Assembly (NCBI GenBank): GCA_009914755.4 | Contig: CP068257.2 | Coordinates: 19,680,001-19,744,000 of the forward strand | Reading direction: 5' to 3' | Length of the DNA stretch: 64,000 nt | From: the human T2T-CHM13v2.0 reference genome, Homo sapiens | Part shown: one piece after another, positions 15,437 through 29,427 of the stretch | Layout of the letters: each line of letters opens with the position of its first letter | Position numbering within the stretch: the first letter of the stretch is position 1 | The notes under the pieces: model-generated | Told to the model about the DNA's origin: nothing | Database searches by the model: none | Seen by the model: only the letters and a program-made list of their open reading frames with translations | Translations under genes and position numbers: made by a program

Positions 15437-17040
15437 TTTTTATGCATGGCTGGAATCAATGTGTCAATAATTTGTTAAGAATTTTTTATATTCATGGTTA
15501 TGAGAAATATTGTTCCATCATTTTCTTGTTCTTGACTTTTTAGGGGTCAGGGCATTACTAGTGTCAGAGAATGAGTAGTGAAGTATTTCTTCCTCTTCTG
15601 TTTTCCAATATAACTTTTATGTAATGTTTATTATTTCTTAAATTTCTGGAAAAATTGCCAGTGAAACCATCCATGTCATAATTTTTCTTAAGTTCACATT
15701 TAAGTACAAATTCAATAATATTTTTCATAGAAATAGGGCTATTCAGGTAATTTTCTTTAGTGAGCTTAGATGATTAACGCAATTCCAGGAATTTGTCCAT
15801 TTCTTTTAAATGGTATTTACTGGCATTGTCATTCATAGTATCCCTTTGTTATACTTCAATTTGCATGTTTTCTGTAGTATTCTCCCCTCTCTCATCTTGA
15901 TAACCTCATAACTGGTTATTTGTTCTACTGTCTTTTTTATCCTGATTATTCTAGATGTAGGTCTATGCACATACTAATGTCAGTGAATCTGCTTTTGGCT
16001 TCACTTATTTCTTTTTTGTTTCCTATTCTCCATTTCATTAATTTCTGGTTTTATTTTTATTATTATTTTCCTCCTGTTTACTTTGTCTTTAATTTTCTTT
16101 TCCATTTTTGATTGCTTAAGGTGGACTCATGTCATTGATTCTAATCATTTATTCTAATACAAGCATCTGTTTTTCCTCTCTAAATATGGCTGTAATTGCA
16201 CCCTGCTAATTTTGATATGTCATATTTCCAATTTGGAGGGGTTTAAATTTTGTTTTTAATTCTCATGTTATTTTTAATACTATTCATTTAGAAGTATGCT
16301 GATTTGTTTCTAAGTATTTGGGTATATTTCATAAATATTACTGCTGTTGATTTTTAACTAAATTCTATACTTATCAGGAAATAGACTTTTTAATGGTTTC
16401 AATTTATTTAACTTTATTGAGTCTTAAATTAAAGTATGTGTATTCCACTATTATTGTATGGAGAAATCCCTAATATTAAATAGATCAACTCCCTTGATAG
16501 TATTGTGGAAGTCTTCTATATTTTTTTGTAACGATTCTTCTCCAACTTTATTTTTAAATGTGTCTATTTTTATATTCAGTTCTCTCTGTTTTGCTTCATA
16601 TTTTTTGAAGCTCTAGTATTATATGTTTAAACATTTATTCACGTAGATCAGTACTATGAAAATTATTATTTAAGGGCTTTAAGGATGGAAAAAAATGATA
16701 CCATATAGAACTTTGTTTCAGTCTTTTTCTGTTTTTCATTTTACCATGTCTTCAAGTGAACTAAGTTACGTCACTATGTCTTCAAGTTTACTAATATTTT
16801 CTACTGTAATATCTAATGTTTTTAATCCCATCAGAGTATTTCTCATAATTTTATTTTTCTTCTCTGAGAGTTTCAAGGAGATGTTTTGTATGTCCTCCAT
16901 GCCTCTCTTACCATTCTCATGTTTTACTTCCTTGAAAATATTGGAATATATTTCTAATAGTTGTTTTAATAGGCATCTACTCACCTACCCTCTGTATCAT
17001 ACCTATATTTTGTAACTGACTGATTTTTCTCCCTCTTGTT
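15437..17040 (-). mobile_element. Old L1 (L1M-type) ORF2 fragment, antisense, about 1.6 kb
   Basis: Stretches such as tttctggaaaaattgccagtgaaaccatccatgtcataatttttcttaagt and ccaggaatttgtccatttcttttaaatggtatttactggcattgtcattcatagtatccc are reverse complements of L1 ORF2 C-terminal motifs (...ggtctattcagattttctatttcttc.../...aggaatttgtccatttcatctag...). The copy is heavily diverged. Confidence 0.6.
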
Positions 17041-17045
17041 TTATT

Positions 17046-17327
17046 TATTTTTTGGAGACAGATTCTCGCTCTGCCACCTGGGCAGGAGTGCAGTGGCACT
17101 CACTGCAACCTCCAACTCTCGGGCTCAAGTGATCTTCCTGATTCAGCATCCCCAGTAGCTGGGACTATAGACATGCGCCACAATGCCCAATTAACTTTTT
17201 AATTACTATTTAGAGAAGTGGTTTCAGTGTGTTGCCAGGGTTGAACTTCAAATCCTGGCTTCAAGAAATCCTCCTGCCTTGGCCTCCCAAAGTGCTGGGG
17301 ATACAGGAGTGAGCCACTGTGCCTGGT
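17046..17327 (-). mobile_element. Alu (AluJ-like), antisense
   Basis: ttttggagacagattctcgctctgccacctgggcaggagtgcagtggcactcactgcaacctcc...cctcccaaagtgctggggatacaggagtgagccactgtgcctgg. Confidence 0.88.
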
Positions 17328-17382
17328 GATTTTTCTCCTTCCTCTGGGTTGTATTTTCATGTTTATTTACTATCCTGGTTAG

Positions 17383-18239
<857 letters not shown>

Positions 18240-19996
18240 AGGAATTTTTAATTGGGTTCCAGACATTCAGAATTTTGTGTTTTGGGGTGCTGAATATTTT
18301 TGTATTATTTTACTTTGTTTTATAGATGCAGTTAAGTGACTTGGAAAAAGTTTTATTTGAGGGAGAGCTTCCATTTAGGCTCTTTTAGGTGGATCCAAAC
18401 CACCTTCAGTCTAGGGTTAATCTGGTTCCATTACTGATGCAATATTATTCTAAGGACATGACTTAAGTCCTGTGTTTTAGGATATCTTTTTACTCTGGAT
18501 GGTTGAATTGCAGATTATTCCTGGTGCTGTGTGAGCTTCTGGAATTATTGTACTTTATATTTTCTAATGGTTCTTTCCCTCATCTGAGAAGGCCTTACTG
18601 GTGTACACTCATTGATCAATACTCAGTTAAAGATTTGTTGGGAACCCTCTGCAGATATCTATAGCTCTGTTGTCTGTGCAGCTGTCTTCTCTCACATTAT
18701 CTAACCTGCACCTTCTGTCGCTTTGACCTCCCCCAACTGCACACTCTGTCTTCCAACCCAGATACATTGCCTGACTCTGTTCGTGTTCTCTGCCTCCCCC
18801 AGCTGCAGCCTGAAAACTCTCTTCAGGCAGTCAGCGATGGAGGTACTCATATGCCACTGTCATATGCAACCAGTTGGCTAATGTGTGAAAACTATTGTTT
18901 TATATGTATAGCCAGTGTTTTTGTTGTTTAAATTGGGAGCATATAGTTTATGTTAATACAATATTGTTCAAAATGAAATTATCATTCAATTCTTTAGTGT
19001 TTACATTAATTCTGTAATCCTGACCCCTACATTCTTGTACCTGAAAAAGGGGACGCTTAGAGAAGTGGTTTGAGTTTCAAAGAATGGGCTTAATGCATGT
19101 GTCAGAATGCCTTGGAGTGATTTTTTAGACGTTGACATTTCATAGACATGGATTGTGAATAGCAATAGGAGCATTTCTACCTGACTTTATTGGGAGGGAG
19201 TAATAAGGTATTTATTGGGAGGGAGTAATAAAGCATTGGTAATATTCCCTTATTTATGATGGCTTAATTATATTTCCTATTGAGCATTTAAAGTGAATGT
19301 AATCTGTACACACTTATGTTCTCTAAATATGTTCAAGTTTTGCCCCTCTACTTCAAAGGCCAAATCAAGGATTTTTATTTTCTCATGAAAATTCCCAGAG
19401 TAGTACAGCCATCTTCCTTGTCATATCTCCCGTTATAACAGATCACCTCCTGCTCAAAAAAGTTGTAAGTCCACTAATGGAATCTGCATTAACCTCTATT
19501 AATGCCAACCAAATTATGGGTTCCTCATGATGGGTGGCAACTAATTTGCTATACATCAAACATTTAGCACAATGTTTTATATGAAGTAAGGAGATAACCC
19601 TCTTTTTTAGAAAGAACATTGGAACTTAATTAACCTGCTGCTTTTATTAATGGGTGAGCCTGTCTTTTTATTTGTGAATTGAGGAGTAGAGATATACACA
19701 TACTGTAGTTCTCTGATTTTGAATGAGTAAGCAGAGGGAAAATGCACATTTATGGGCTAATTGTGAGTGCTGAAACCTCTACCGTGCTATTATTATTATT
19801 ATTAGGAAACAAATGAATAATTTTCATTGAAGATATTGAGAAATATATTGTATCCCTAATTATGATGAAAACCCTATCTACATATTAAATTCTAGATAAA
19901 AACTCTGAAATGTCATTTTTATACCTGTTGTAAAGATTGCATTAGTAATAATATCAAAAATATATATAAAAGATACTATATATGCATTTATTATTA

Positions 19997-20265
19997 TTTT
20001 TTTTTTCGGACACAGTCTCACTCTGTGGCCGAGGCTGGAGTGTAGTGGTGTGATCTCAGCTCCCTGCAACCTGCCTCAGCATCCCTTCGGAGTAGCTGGG
20101 ATTACAGGCGCCTGCTACCACGCCAGGCTAGTCTTTGTATTTTTAGTAGAGATGGAGTTTCACTATGTTGGCCAGGCTGGTCTCAAACTCCTAACCTCAA
20201 GTGATCCACCGGCCTCTGCCTCCCAAGGTGCTGGGATTACAGGCATGACCCACCACACCCGACCC
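19997..20265 (-). mobile_element. Alu, antisense, with an internal deletion of about 25 bp
   Basis: ttttttttttcggacacagtctcactctgtggccgaggctggagtgtagtggtgtgatctcagctccctgcaacctgcctcagcatccc...ctgggattacaggcatgacccaccacacccgaccc. Confidence 0.88.
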
Positions 20266-21536
20266 ATTTGTTATTATTTTATGAATCCTAATTTTGCAAT
20301 CTTCCACTCCTCTTAAGAAATGTTGTGTACTTCATGGTACATTTAGAGATGTCATGAGAAACTGGAACAATAAATTCTATTGAGTATAGACATATAAAGA
20401 TTATGTTCATATATGTGTTAGTGGTTTCTGGAAAGTAGAACCAGAATTCACTGGAAGGAACTGCTTAGTGTATCAGAGAAATGTTTGATTTTATTTTAGA
20501 AAATAGTTTTAATAATATTTATAGAGATTTTTTTAAATTTACAATTGTATGGACAAGCAAATGTCTCCATACCAATGGACAAATTCCAGAACTTTCCATT
20601 AGTGGTTTTAAAATCAATTCAGTCATGCAAAATACTATTATAAGAAAAATACAGGAGGGGATGCAAAGAAGAGAAAAGAGGAAAAAAGATGAATAAAATG
20701 AAAGGAGAATACACAATATAAAACGATTTCACAAATACCGAGGGAAATCATAGAAATAGTTCAGATTTTAATATATTGAAAATATTTCTTACTGTAGATT
20801 ATAGTAAAAAATGTTTGAAAGCCGTGGTTGGTTTTAAAGGACAACTTAGACTAGAATGGAGCAGAGTGAGATGTATTTCAGTAGAGAAAAAAAACCTTAA
20901 AAATATTGATAATTATTTGGGACTAAGAGGAAACAGAAAAACAATTTATTTTCCTCATTAAAGAATAAAATTATCACATTCAAAATAGTTTCTAAATTAA
21001 TTGTGTTTTCATGTAATTCTCTCATCTTACTATTTTATTGGCAGTACTTATATGCAATATACATTTATGATATATTTACATTGTATTTACTTTGAAGCTT
21101 CTGTGAAGAAATTTTCTACATAAATTATTTTAAATGTGTCCCAAGAGGGGAGTAAATAAATATATATAATAAATATGTATTGTCTCACCAACATTTAATT
21201 GTGTATGGGATTAAAAACAGCAAACAAAATGTTTTTTTTGCCAATAATCAAAGTACAAATTGAACTGATATACTTTTTGCCTGGTAACTATTAAGATTTT
21301 GACATAGTTCAAATGTTATTCTTGTGTTTACATTCAAAAAAAATTTCAAGTATAATTTTATTGTTTATTCGTTAAGTTCTGAGGCTACTAAAAATATACT
21401 TTTGATTGGAATATAGCCCTGTCTTTCAATGATGATAGCCATATAGTCATCAATGCCTATAGATTAAAAAGTTGATTAAAATCTACTAAATTATAAAGCC
21501 AGATCTGTGAGGATGAACCTCTTTTTTCTTCTTTAG

Positions 21537-21697
21537 GAATGGCAAGCTCATTGAAGAAAATGAGAAGTACATATTGAAAGGGAGCAATACAGAACTCACT
21601 GTCAGGAACATAATCAATAGTGATGGTGGTCCTTATGTCTGCAGGGCCACAAATAAGGCAGGAGAAGATGAAAAGCAAGCTTTCCTCCAAGTCTTTG
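21537..21697 (+). CDS. NCAM2: NCAM2 internal coding exon (C-terminal half of Ig-like domain 3); 161 nt
   Basis: Acceptor: cttttttcttctttAG|gaatggc with AG at 21535-21536. Donor: tctttG|GTAAGT with GT at 21698-21699. Translation (R)[53 protein letters not shown](V) contains the Ig 'D-x-G-x-Y-x-C' motif. Only 53 codons, so it is absent from the >=60 aa ORF track. The minus-strand ORF 21457-21690 is an antisense artefact. Confidence 0.88.
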
Positions 21698-22431
21698 GTA
21701 AGTATTATAGCATAGTGGCTAAAACTGTTATGTCTATTGGAAGATCAGAGTGAAATTCTACTCTAATCATTTGAACTATTTAAACTTTCCATATTAAATC
21801 TGTTTCCTCTTCTCTGTAATATGTTTTTTAAATTTCAGCTACCAGATAGAATTTTTTGAAGAATAACGTAAAATTACATATGCAAATTTTTGTAAGTCAT
21901 TGATATGCTTACAGAAGCTGGAAAAAAATAATTTAAATTACACCTAGTGGGGTTTGTCATCTGTGTCTGTAAGGGTGGATCTCTGTAAGTCTCTAAATGA
22001 CACATGTTAGGATCAGTTTTACTTACAATATAGTTCAAAAGGGCACATTTTTAAGGCTACAATTTAAAAACATTGACATGTAACTATACTTAAATATTTG
22101 CTTTCATTTAACTAAATGAAAATATAAGATAAATATCTTCCATATTTACCAAGAGCCATATTATCTTATTTGGGTAACTTATAGAGCATATAAAACTAGT
22201 ACTTTACAGAAATATAATGACGTAGCTTCAATTATGTTTACAAGAAGAAAGACAGTGATGGCAGTGGGTGCTTCTAATAGAATTTTTCCCTTTAATTAGT
22301 GTAACACTAAAAAATATATGCCCTATTAACATTTAATATGTTTTCTCCAACTTTAAAAACACTGTTATTGAAATGCTTTCACAACAAAAAGAGGGAAAAG
22401 GAAGGAAGGAGAAATCTGTTAGAATAAGAAG

Positions 22432-22605
22432 GACTGGGGCCTGTTGTGGGGTGGGGGGAGTGGGGAGGGATAGCATTTGGAGATATACCTAATGTTAAAT
22501 GATGAGTAACTGGGTGCAGCACACCAACATGGCACATGTATACATATGTAACTAACCTGCACGTTGTGCACATGTACCCTAAAAAAGTATAATAAAAAAA
22601 AAAAG
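22432..22605 (+). mobile_element. L1PA-type 3'-terminal stub of about 170 bp
   Basis: ggggcctgttgtggggtggggggagtggggagggatagcatttggagatatacctaatgttaaatgatgagtaactgggtgcagcacaccaacatggcacatgtatacatatgtaactaacctgcacgttgtgcacatgtaccctaaaaaagtataataaaaaaaaaaa. The minus-strand ORF 22379-22777 lies inside this stub and its flank. Confidence 0.9.
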
Positions 22606-24420
22606 AAGGACCAGTGTTTGCAGTTGACAGGTGCAGAGTGCCCCTTACACTGACCATGAGATGAATGGTAATCCCTGCGTGGACACGCCCTCTGCAGACT
22701 GGCCCTGTAGTCACTGCTGGAAGCATTTTCTGAGCTAGAGAGATATTTATAAAGCTTATTTTCAAGTGGAGTGACAAGGAGAATAAACAGCTATACCAAA
22801 ATGTATTAAAATAAAAAATACAATTTTAAAAGTAGAGATGTTTTGAGAAAGAAATTGGATAAATCAGGAAGCATTGAATAAAGAGAAGTATTGTTTTGGA
22901 TAGCATAGTGTTTGGAAAGTTATTCAGCAGGATAATGTTTAGGTGATGTTCAGAATGATGATCTTCTAATGATCAGAAGTAGGCCAAGCTAAGAGCCTGG
23001 AGAAGATTGTTCACTTACAGGGAAAAGTAAATATACTTAACATTTTTAGAAATTATAGAAAGTCCCTAACTTGTTCTAGCAGTGTTCCCCACTTGAAAAT
23101 ATTTTTTCTATAAAACCTACAAAATTAAATAAGTATGATTCAGTATAAAAATAATCATATTAGAAATAGTATTGTGTGAGATTATTCCAAAGGATAGATG
23201 GTCTTAATCTGCCTCAGTGTACTCATCTGAAATAGTATTTACATCGTTTTTATCAGGATTGCAGTGAAAAAGAAAAAAGATTTTTTACATTTCTGATATT
23301 TTCATCCTTTCAAGTAGAACATAATACATGAAAATTTTACATGTTATGTTATTGTTATAATCCCTTTTGTGTAGTAACATTCAACAAACTTTTGTTGCTC
23401 CTGACACAAAATTGTATGCATATTGTGGGAATATAACTAAATCTATTAAAGTTAATGAAATAAAGAGTGAATTGTTAAAAATTCTGTATGCTGTTTTTCT
23501 GATACCAAGAATGTTATTTTCTGAGCTTAAGAACAACTTATTTGTGTTTCTTTGTTAAATGTATTAAAATATATAAAAAGTAACTCACACTGAAATAATG
23601 AGTACTTGATTGTATCCATTTTATATCTAAACAAGCAAACATTTAGGAAATACAAATAACACAGATTTCAAAAAATAAAGCTCTCTGGAACTATGTAAGT
23701 TTATGGAGGGACATATTTTAATATTAAGATAATTAAAATTAGTAGACATAATGCTTTTCTTTTTATACAATTGATGATTAAAAATTAGTTACGTTGTCTA
23801 GTATATTGTTAAGTAAACTGAAGTCAAAATAAATCAAGTGGAATAATATATATAAGTAAAGTAAATATATTTACTTAGTAAATGTTTCAAAATTTTATAT
23901 GATTCTACTTGCTACATTTTCAGGATATATCATTTACTTCTTTGGTGAAATTGTTAAAGCTTAAGAGAGAATTAAACCAATTGTGTGTGCATGTGTCTGT
24001 ATAAATATATTCATGTGTATGTATGTGTATATATACATATATGTGCACACATATGCACCCATATGCATGTGCCTTTAAAGGAAGAAATTTTGATTTTGTG
24101 GCTTTAAGATAGGAAAATAAATCATGAGATGACTTTTAAATTGGCAGAATTTTGAAACAAATTATAATTTGGATGTTGGTTTCTAAGTCACCTCAAGTTA
24201 TTTTGTATAATGGTAACAGATGAGTTTTATTTCCTAAATTTTTTTTCCTGTGCTATTCAACTGTCCTGGTACGTCTGTAAGGCAAAGCAGGCCACTGTAA
24301 TTCTACAAAGCTAATAATATCATACTATACTATAGTAGACTTAAACACCCATCATGACTTTTGTCTGAGAAGTAATATTTTCCTCCAATACCGGTTGAGT
24401 AATATATATATTCTTTACAG

Positions 24421-24566
24421 TACAGCCTCACATAATACAGCTTAAAAATGAAACTACATATGAGAATGGTCAAGTCACACTCGTATGTGATGCGGAAGGG
24501 GAGCCTATTCCAGAAATCACTTGGAAAAGAGCTGTGGATGGCTTCACGTTCACTGAAGGCGATAAG
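24421..24566 (+). CDS. NCAM2: NCAM2 internal coding exon (N-terminal half of Ig-like domain 4); 146 nt, ends in phase 0
   Basis: Acceptor: tatatattctttacAG|tacagcc with AG at 24419-24420. Donor: ggcgataaG|GTAACC with GT at 24567-24568. Translation (V)[48 protein letters not shown]. The frame is continuous with the upstream exon (G+TA = Val). Confidence 0.88.
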
Positions 24567-27106
24567 GTAACCACATCTCAATATGTAATGGTTTCCATTA
24601 CCATGCAATTTCAGTATTTTCAATATCATTAAATCACAAATTAGTCTCCAATTTACCTAGTAACTTGTAGGATCAAATAAATGGTTTGATTTTTAAAAAG
24701 GTAACTAACACAATGTCGGCTTTACCACTTTCGTGGGAGGGGAAATGTCAATATGAAATATTTAAAGATGTTCTTTATTAAGTCACAAACGTTTAGGCTA
24801 TTGGTATTACTAGCATTGCTTAACTAGACTTTTGTTATACGTTGAATCTATAAAGTATGTTATTGCAGTTTTAACCCCTGCTGTGTGAGTATCTGGCCTT
24901 TGCAAATTCACTGACCATGAGAAAAGTGCTAGGACAAATAATATTGCCATTTTAAAAACAGGAATAAAGATTTACAAACCAGTACATTTAACTTTAAACC
25001 TCAGCAATTTCAGTTTCTTAAAGAAATGATTGTATATTTAGAAAACACTGTGGTGAGTGATGAGCGTTGGGATTGGCGAAGAAGATTTACTTCAAATTAA
25101 TTTAATGTATTTTCTACTTAGACAGGTGTCAACAAACTACAGTCCATAGGGCAAATTTGGCTTCCAGCCTGTTTTGGTAAATAAAGCTTTATTGAAACTA
25201 AAGCAAAAGAGTAATTTAAATTCAAAAAAGTCTGACTGTCATTCAATGCTTTACCCTTTAGAAATTGTCTTTCTGCAGTAGAAGTGTAGGTTCTGCTTTC
25301 ATATAATTTAGAATCTAATGTAGAGAAATAGGTACAAACAAATTACTGCATTGTGATGACCTTTAACCAGAATGCATTCAACTTACTTAGAAATTAATGA
25401 AACATTACTATATGTTTCACTATACTAATGGATTTTAATTACTATTATATTTCACAACTTTTCATATGAACTTCAAATACAAACAAAAGAGAAAGGAAAA
25501 GATGGTGAAATATTGAAATGATAGAACTGGCAATTTCACATAAGTGAAGATTATAACATTAGGCTATTACATTGCTTTTCTCTACTCAGTGTTAAAGAGA
25601 AACCTCCTTTAAACTTTTTTCATTATTAACTTTATTTAGGTAAAGAGTCCAATTTCTAAAGTATTCATACACCTCAATATAACTTTGATTTATTAACATT
25701 GATAGTAAAAAAGAGAAGAATAAATGTTTGTCCATAGTACACTTTACATCAATCAGTCCATCCCATCATGTTATATTTAACAACATGCTAAACCCATAAA
25801 TTCACCAAAAAAGTAACTTCTCTGGTCAATTTATTACTTTCCTTTTGAAAGACTGTGTTATCATATATGTTACCCTTTTTTGTTTCATTTTCTCCTCATA
25901 ATGGCATTTTAAGAGATTATTTGATAATTGTACTATTTTGATATACTTATTTTATATATTCAAGTTGAAAATCAAATTTATAAAATGTGAATGACAGTCA
26001 TAATCTTCTGCAACCCAGATAAAAGTTATAGTTTGCTTTAGTATATTCTTAACAAAAAATAATGTATGTTACTATGACACAGTTGCCAAATCTGAAAAGA
26101 ATTAAATTTATGTGAAATTAAAAAAATACAATCGTATCTGAAACCATAGAGGATTGTTTTTGTTTCAATTTTGCATGTTTATTTAGATTAGATCACTCAA
26201 AAGTATTTACTTTCATGCCCTTAGACTTTATCATACCTTCATATTTCTAATGCTGTTTTCTAATTATTTTTCAGCTTACTGCAAAATTCTTAAAAGTTAT
26301 CTTCTCAAAGATAGTTTTTACTCTGCATTTAATGAATGTTACCTTATATATTATGCAGAGAATGAAAGATAAATTATACTCAGTTATTTCATTAATAAAT
26401 GTCATCAAGTAACAAGAAAGCTGTTATATTTTATTCTTGGATCTATGCCTCAGGCCACCCCAAACTACACACAGATACTTATTCTGTAGTAACTGTGAAA
26501 AATAATCTTAAAGCTTTTGTTTCCTAAGGAGTATATTAAAAAACACATCTTGTTTTAAGAAAATCTGACTTGGTTTCTTTGCAATAAACAATTATAGGAA
26601 CTCAAATATGCTTTTCTGCACAAGTTTAATCCAGTCAATAAAGAAATTAAGTCTATTGTATTTCTATTATATTTCTCCAAATATATTTTAAGATCCTTGA
26701 CTTATTTTTCTATACTCCAGTACACTTCTTTTCCCCTAATATTTCTAGTTTCCTGAATAGCATAATTCACAAATCAAATGGTTGAGCTGAACTTTGAAGT
26801 AAAGTTTATCTAGTTTTGAATCTCAGCTCTGCCATTTATGATGCCTCAGCATGATAAAATTGAGTTCAAAGAGTCCAAATAACATTACCAGTGTTATTTG
26901 AACTCTTTTTAATATGAGTTTTTAATATGAATTTTTTCATCTTTAAAATGTTGATATTTACCCTCTTGTTATAAGGAAGATGAGCACATTACAAATGCAT
27001 ATCAATGTTTATCATATTATAAATATCCAATAAACTTTACTGTTTACCTTGCCATATTACAAATTTACAGTACAAATTTACACATTTTACTTTGTCATAT
27101 TACAAA

Positions 27107-27175
27107 TTTACAGTATGGCCTCACATAATACAGCTTAGAAATGAAATTACATATGAGAATGGTCAAGTCACGCTT
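27107..27175 (+). other. Decayed partial duplicate of the NCAM2 exon at 24421: its acceptor plus the first ~62 nt, making a pseudo-exon fragment 2,693 bp downstream of the real exon
   Basis: tttacagtatggcctcacataatacagcttagaaatgaaattacatatgagaatggtcaagtcacgctt aligns with 24414-24482 tttacagtacagcctcacataatacagcttaaaaatgaaactacatatgagaatggtcaagtcacactc. About 91% identity, and every difference is a transition. Similarity stops after 'gtcac'. Read in the exon frame it hits TAG after 24 codons, and no donor follows. Confidence 0.8.
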
Positions 27176-28869
27176 GAAGCATAGTTTATCTTGTTGCCTC
27201 TGTAAAGTATAACTAAGGTTTGATTGAACTTTAATGAGATCATATTATTCCTATCATGGAAAGTAGCATGGGATTGTACTTTCCATAAGAATCGCGTGGG
27301 AAGACTATGAAAATGCAGATTCTAGATTCCCACTTCTTGAAGTTGATTTAGTATATGCAGCCCAGGGCATAGGAATGCATATTAAATAAACTCATCAGTT
27401 GGTGTCATATTGTTAGTCTTCAAGCCATATTTTGGGAAACAACTTCAAGTAAGGATGAAAATTAACAGCTAATATTTCCAACAGAAAAATGATCTTAACC
27501 AATTAGTTGACACCTGATGGGGGCTTGGGAACTATAAAACAAAACTAAACTAAAATTTCCATTATGCATGTATCAGTCAAGTTTTGATGAAACTAAAATA
27601 TATAGATCAAAAATAGTGAAATATCATAAATGTCGTGTAGTAAAAACTAATAATTTCATCTAACAACATGGCAATGTATTTAGCAAATATGTTCATCATT
27701 TTAGATTTTTCAGAGAGGAGGGTCTCAATTAACAATATTCTTTTTTTTTTTTTTTGTCTAAGTTCTCAATCACCAGATAAGACAAAAAAAATGGGGATAA
27801 AATACCATGTGACTTAAATGTATAGATGAGTGAATGCTCTTATACTGAGCTCAATAATTAGATAAACATACTCAACACAGTCCCAAGTAGCATGAGACTT
27901 ACAGCCCTCCCCTGTGTGAGAAGACATGCTAAGATAACCTTGACTGAGGGGGACAATGGTGAACCCATGTTCTCTTTGGGGTGGTCCTTTCTGAAAAGAA
28001 AAAAAGGAGTGGTTAGGAAGTGTATTTAATTTTTTGTGCCCCCATAGTTACCTATCAGATATCTCTTCACTTCCCATGGGAGAAAAAGTAAGGGACTTGA
28101 AAAGTCCAACTGTGGTATGTTGGAAGACCTTCCTCCCCATGGAATAAATGATTAAGAGTTCACGAGTAGCATTCACTGCCCAACTAACAATATGCTAATA
28201 ACATTTAAATCACCATATACATAACTATCTCAGTTTATCGTCTGGTATTATTACTGCATAGTAAATGACCCCATAATATAATGGCACAAACCAATAATTT
28301 TCTCTCACTTTTGATTTTGTGGATCAGAAGTTTGAGTAAGGCTTGGCCAGATGGATATCACTTGGAATCTCTAATGTGCTTGTATCAGATGTTGCTACTA
28401 ATGTTGCTTGTAGTTGTAGTTATGAGGAGGTTCAACTTTGCTGAGAAGCCAACATGGCTCACTTAAGTGGCTGGAATTCAGTCTTGACTGTGGGCTGCAA
28501 GCTCAGGTGGAGCTGTTTTTGGAACATCTATATGAAGCCTCTCCAGTATGGCTATCTAAGAGCAGCCTGCTGTCTTTTGTGGCGGCAGGCTTTCTCCACA
28601 GAGAACATTTCAGAAGAATCAGGCCAGACAGACACTATCTGGTCTACTCTGACATAGTCTTGGAAGTCACACATTTCTCACTTCTGCCACAGTATATTGG
28701 TTACAAACAAATTATAAGGTCGCCCAAATCCAACATGAGAGGAATTAGGCACTCTGTCTTGATGGGGAAGGATTCACAATCATATTGTAGATAAGTATGT
28801 GGGGTGGGAGATATTGTTAAGGCCATCTTTGGAAATGCATCTACAATTTATCTCAAAATATTCCCATGA

Positions 28870-29030
28870 CTTAAGTCCAATCATTTTCCCAGGCTTGTAG
28901 ATGAGGAAACTGAGGCTCAGGAAAATTCAGGGGTTTGCACAAGGTCACACAGGGAGTAAGTGGCAGTGGCAGGATTTGAACTGTGGTCTCTCACTCTGCA
29001 TAGTGCATGCCCGTGCAAGGGCTTCAGGAT
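28870..29030 (+). mobile_element. MIR (mammalian-wide interspersed repeat) core fragment
   Basis: ttttcccaggcttgtagatgaggaaactgaggctcaggaaaattcaggggtttgcacaaggtcacacagggagtaagtggcagtggcaggatttgaactgtggtctc matches the MIR core ...acagatgaggaaactgaggctcagagaggttaagtgacttgcccaaggtcacacagctagtaagtggcagagccaggatttgaacccaggtct. Confidence 0.75.
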
Positions 29031-29296
29031 TCTGTTAAAGTGTATGGCTGGCACTCTCATAGGAATTTAAATTATATTTCCATTTAATCAAATAATTGAA
29101 AAGTCAGAAGAAGCTTTGTTTTTAAAACTTTTTTATAATCTGATATTACTTATTTTAAACTAATTAAAATATAGTGTTCAGTAAACACCAAAACTATTTA
29201 CTGGTTTTTGTTAAAATACATATATGTAAAAAATTACTTCGTATAATGGGTACTACCAAAATGTTTGAAAACCCATGCCATATAAAACAATCTAGA

Positions 29297-29382
29297 GGTG
29301 TGGGAGGGGAGCAAAATGGCAGAATAGAAGGCTCCACCAATTGTCTCCCCAACCCTGCAAGGACACCAAGTTAGCAACTATC

Positions 29383-29427
<45 letters not shown>

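Noticed and set aside
19188-19231. Tandem duplication ttattgggagggagtaataa x2
   Set aside because: It is a short (~20 bp) local slippage duplication in unique intronic sequence, with no further structure or significance evident.
21457-21690. Minus-strand ORFs overlapping real exons (21457-21690 and 24330-24629)
   Set aside because: These are antisense read-through of the + strand NCAM2 exons and their AT-rich flanks. They have no splice or start context and no homology.
27114-27180. Treating the intronic exon-copy as a functional alternative exon
   Set aside because: There is an in-frame TAG after 24 codons and no donor at the point where homology ends. I report it only as a duplicated, decayed fragment and possible cryptic acceptor.
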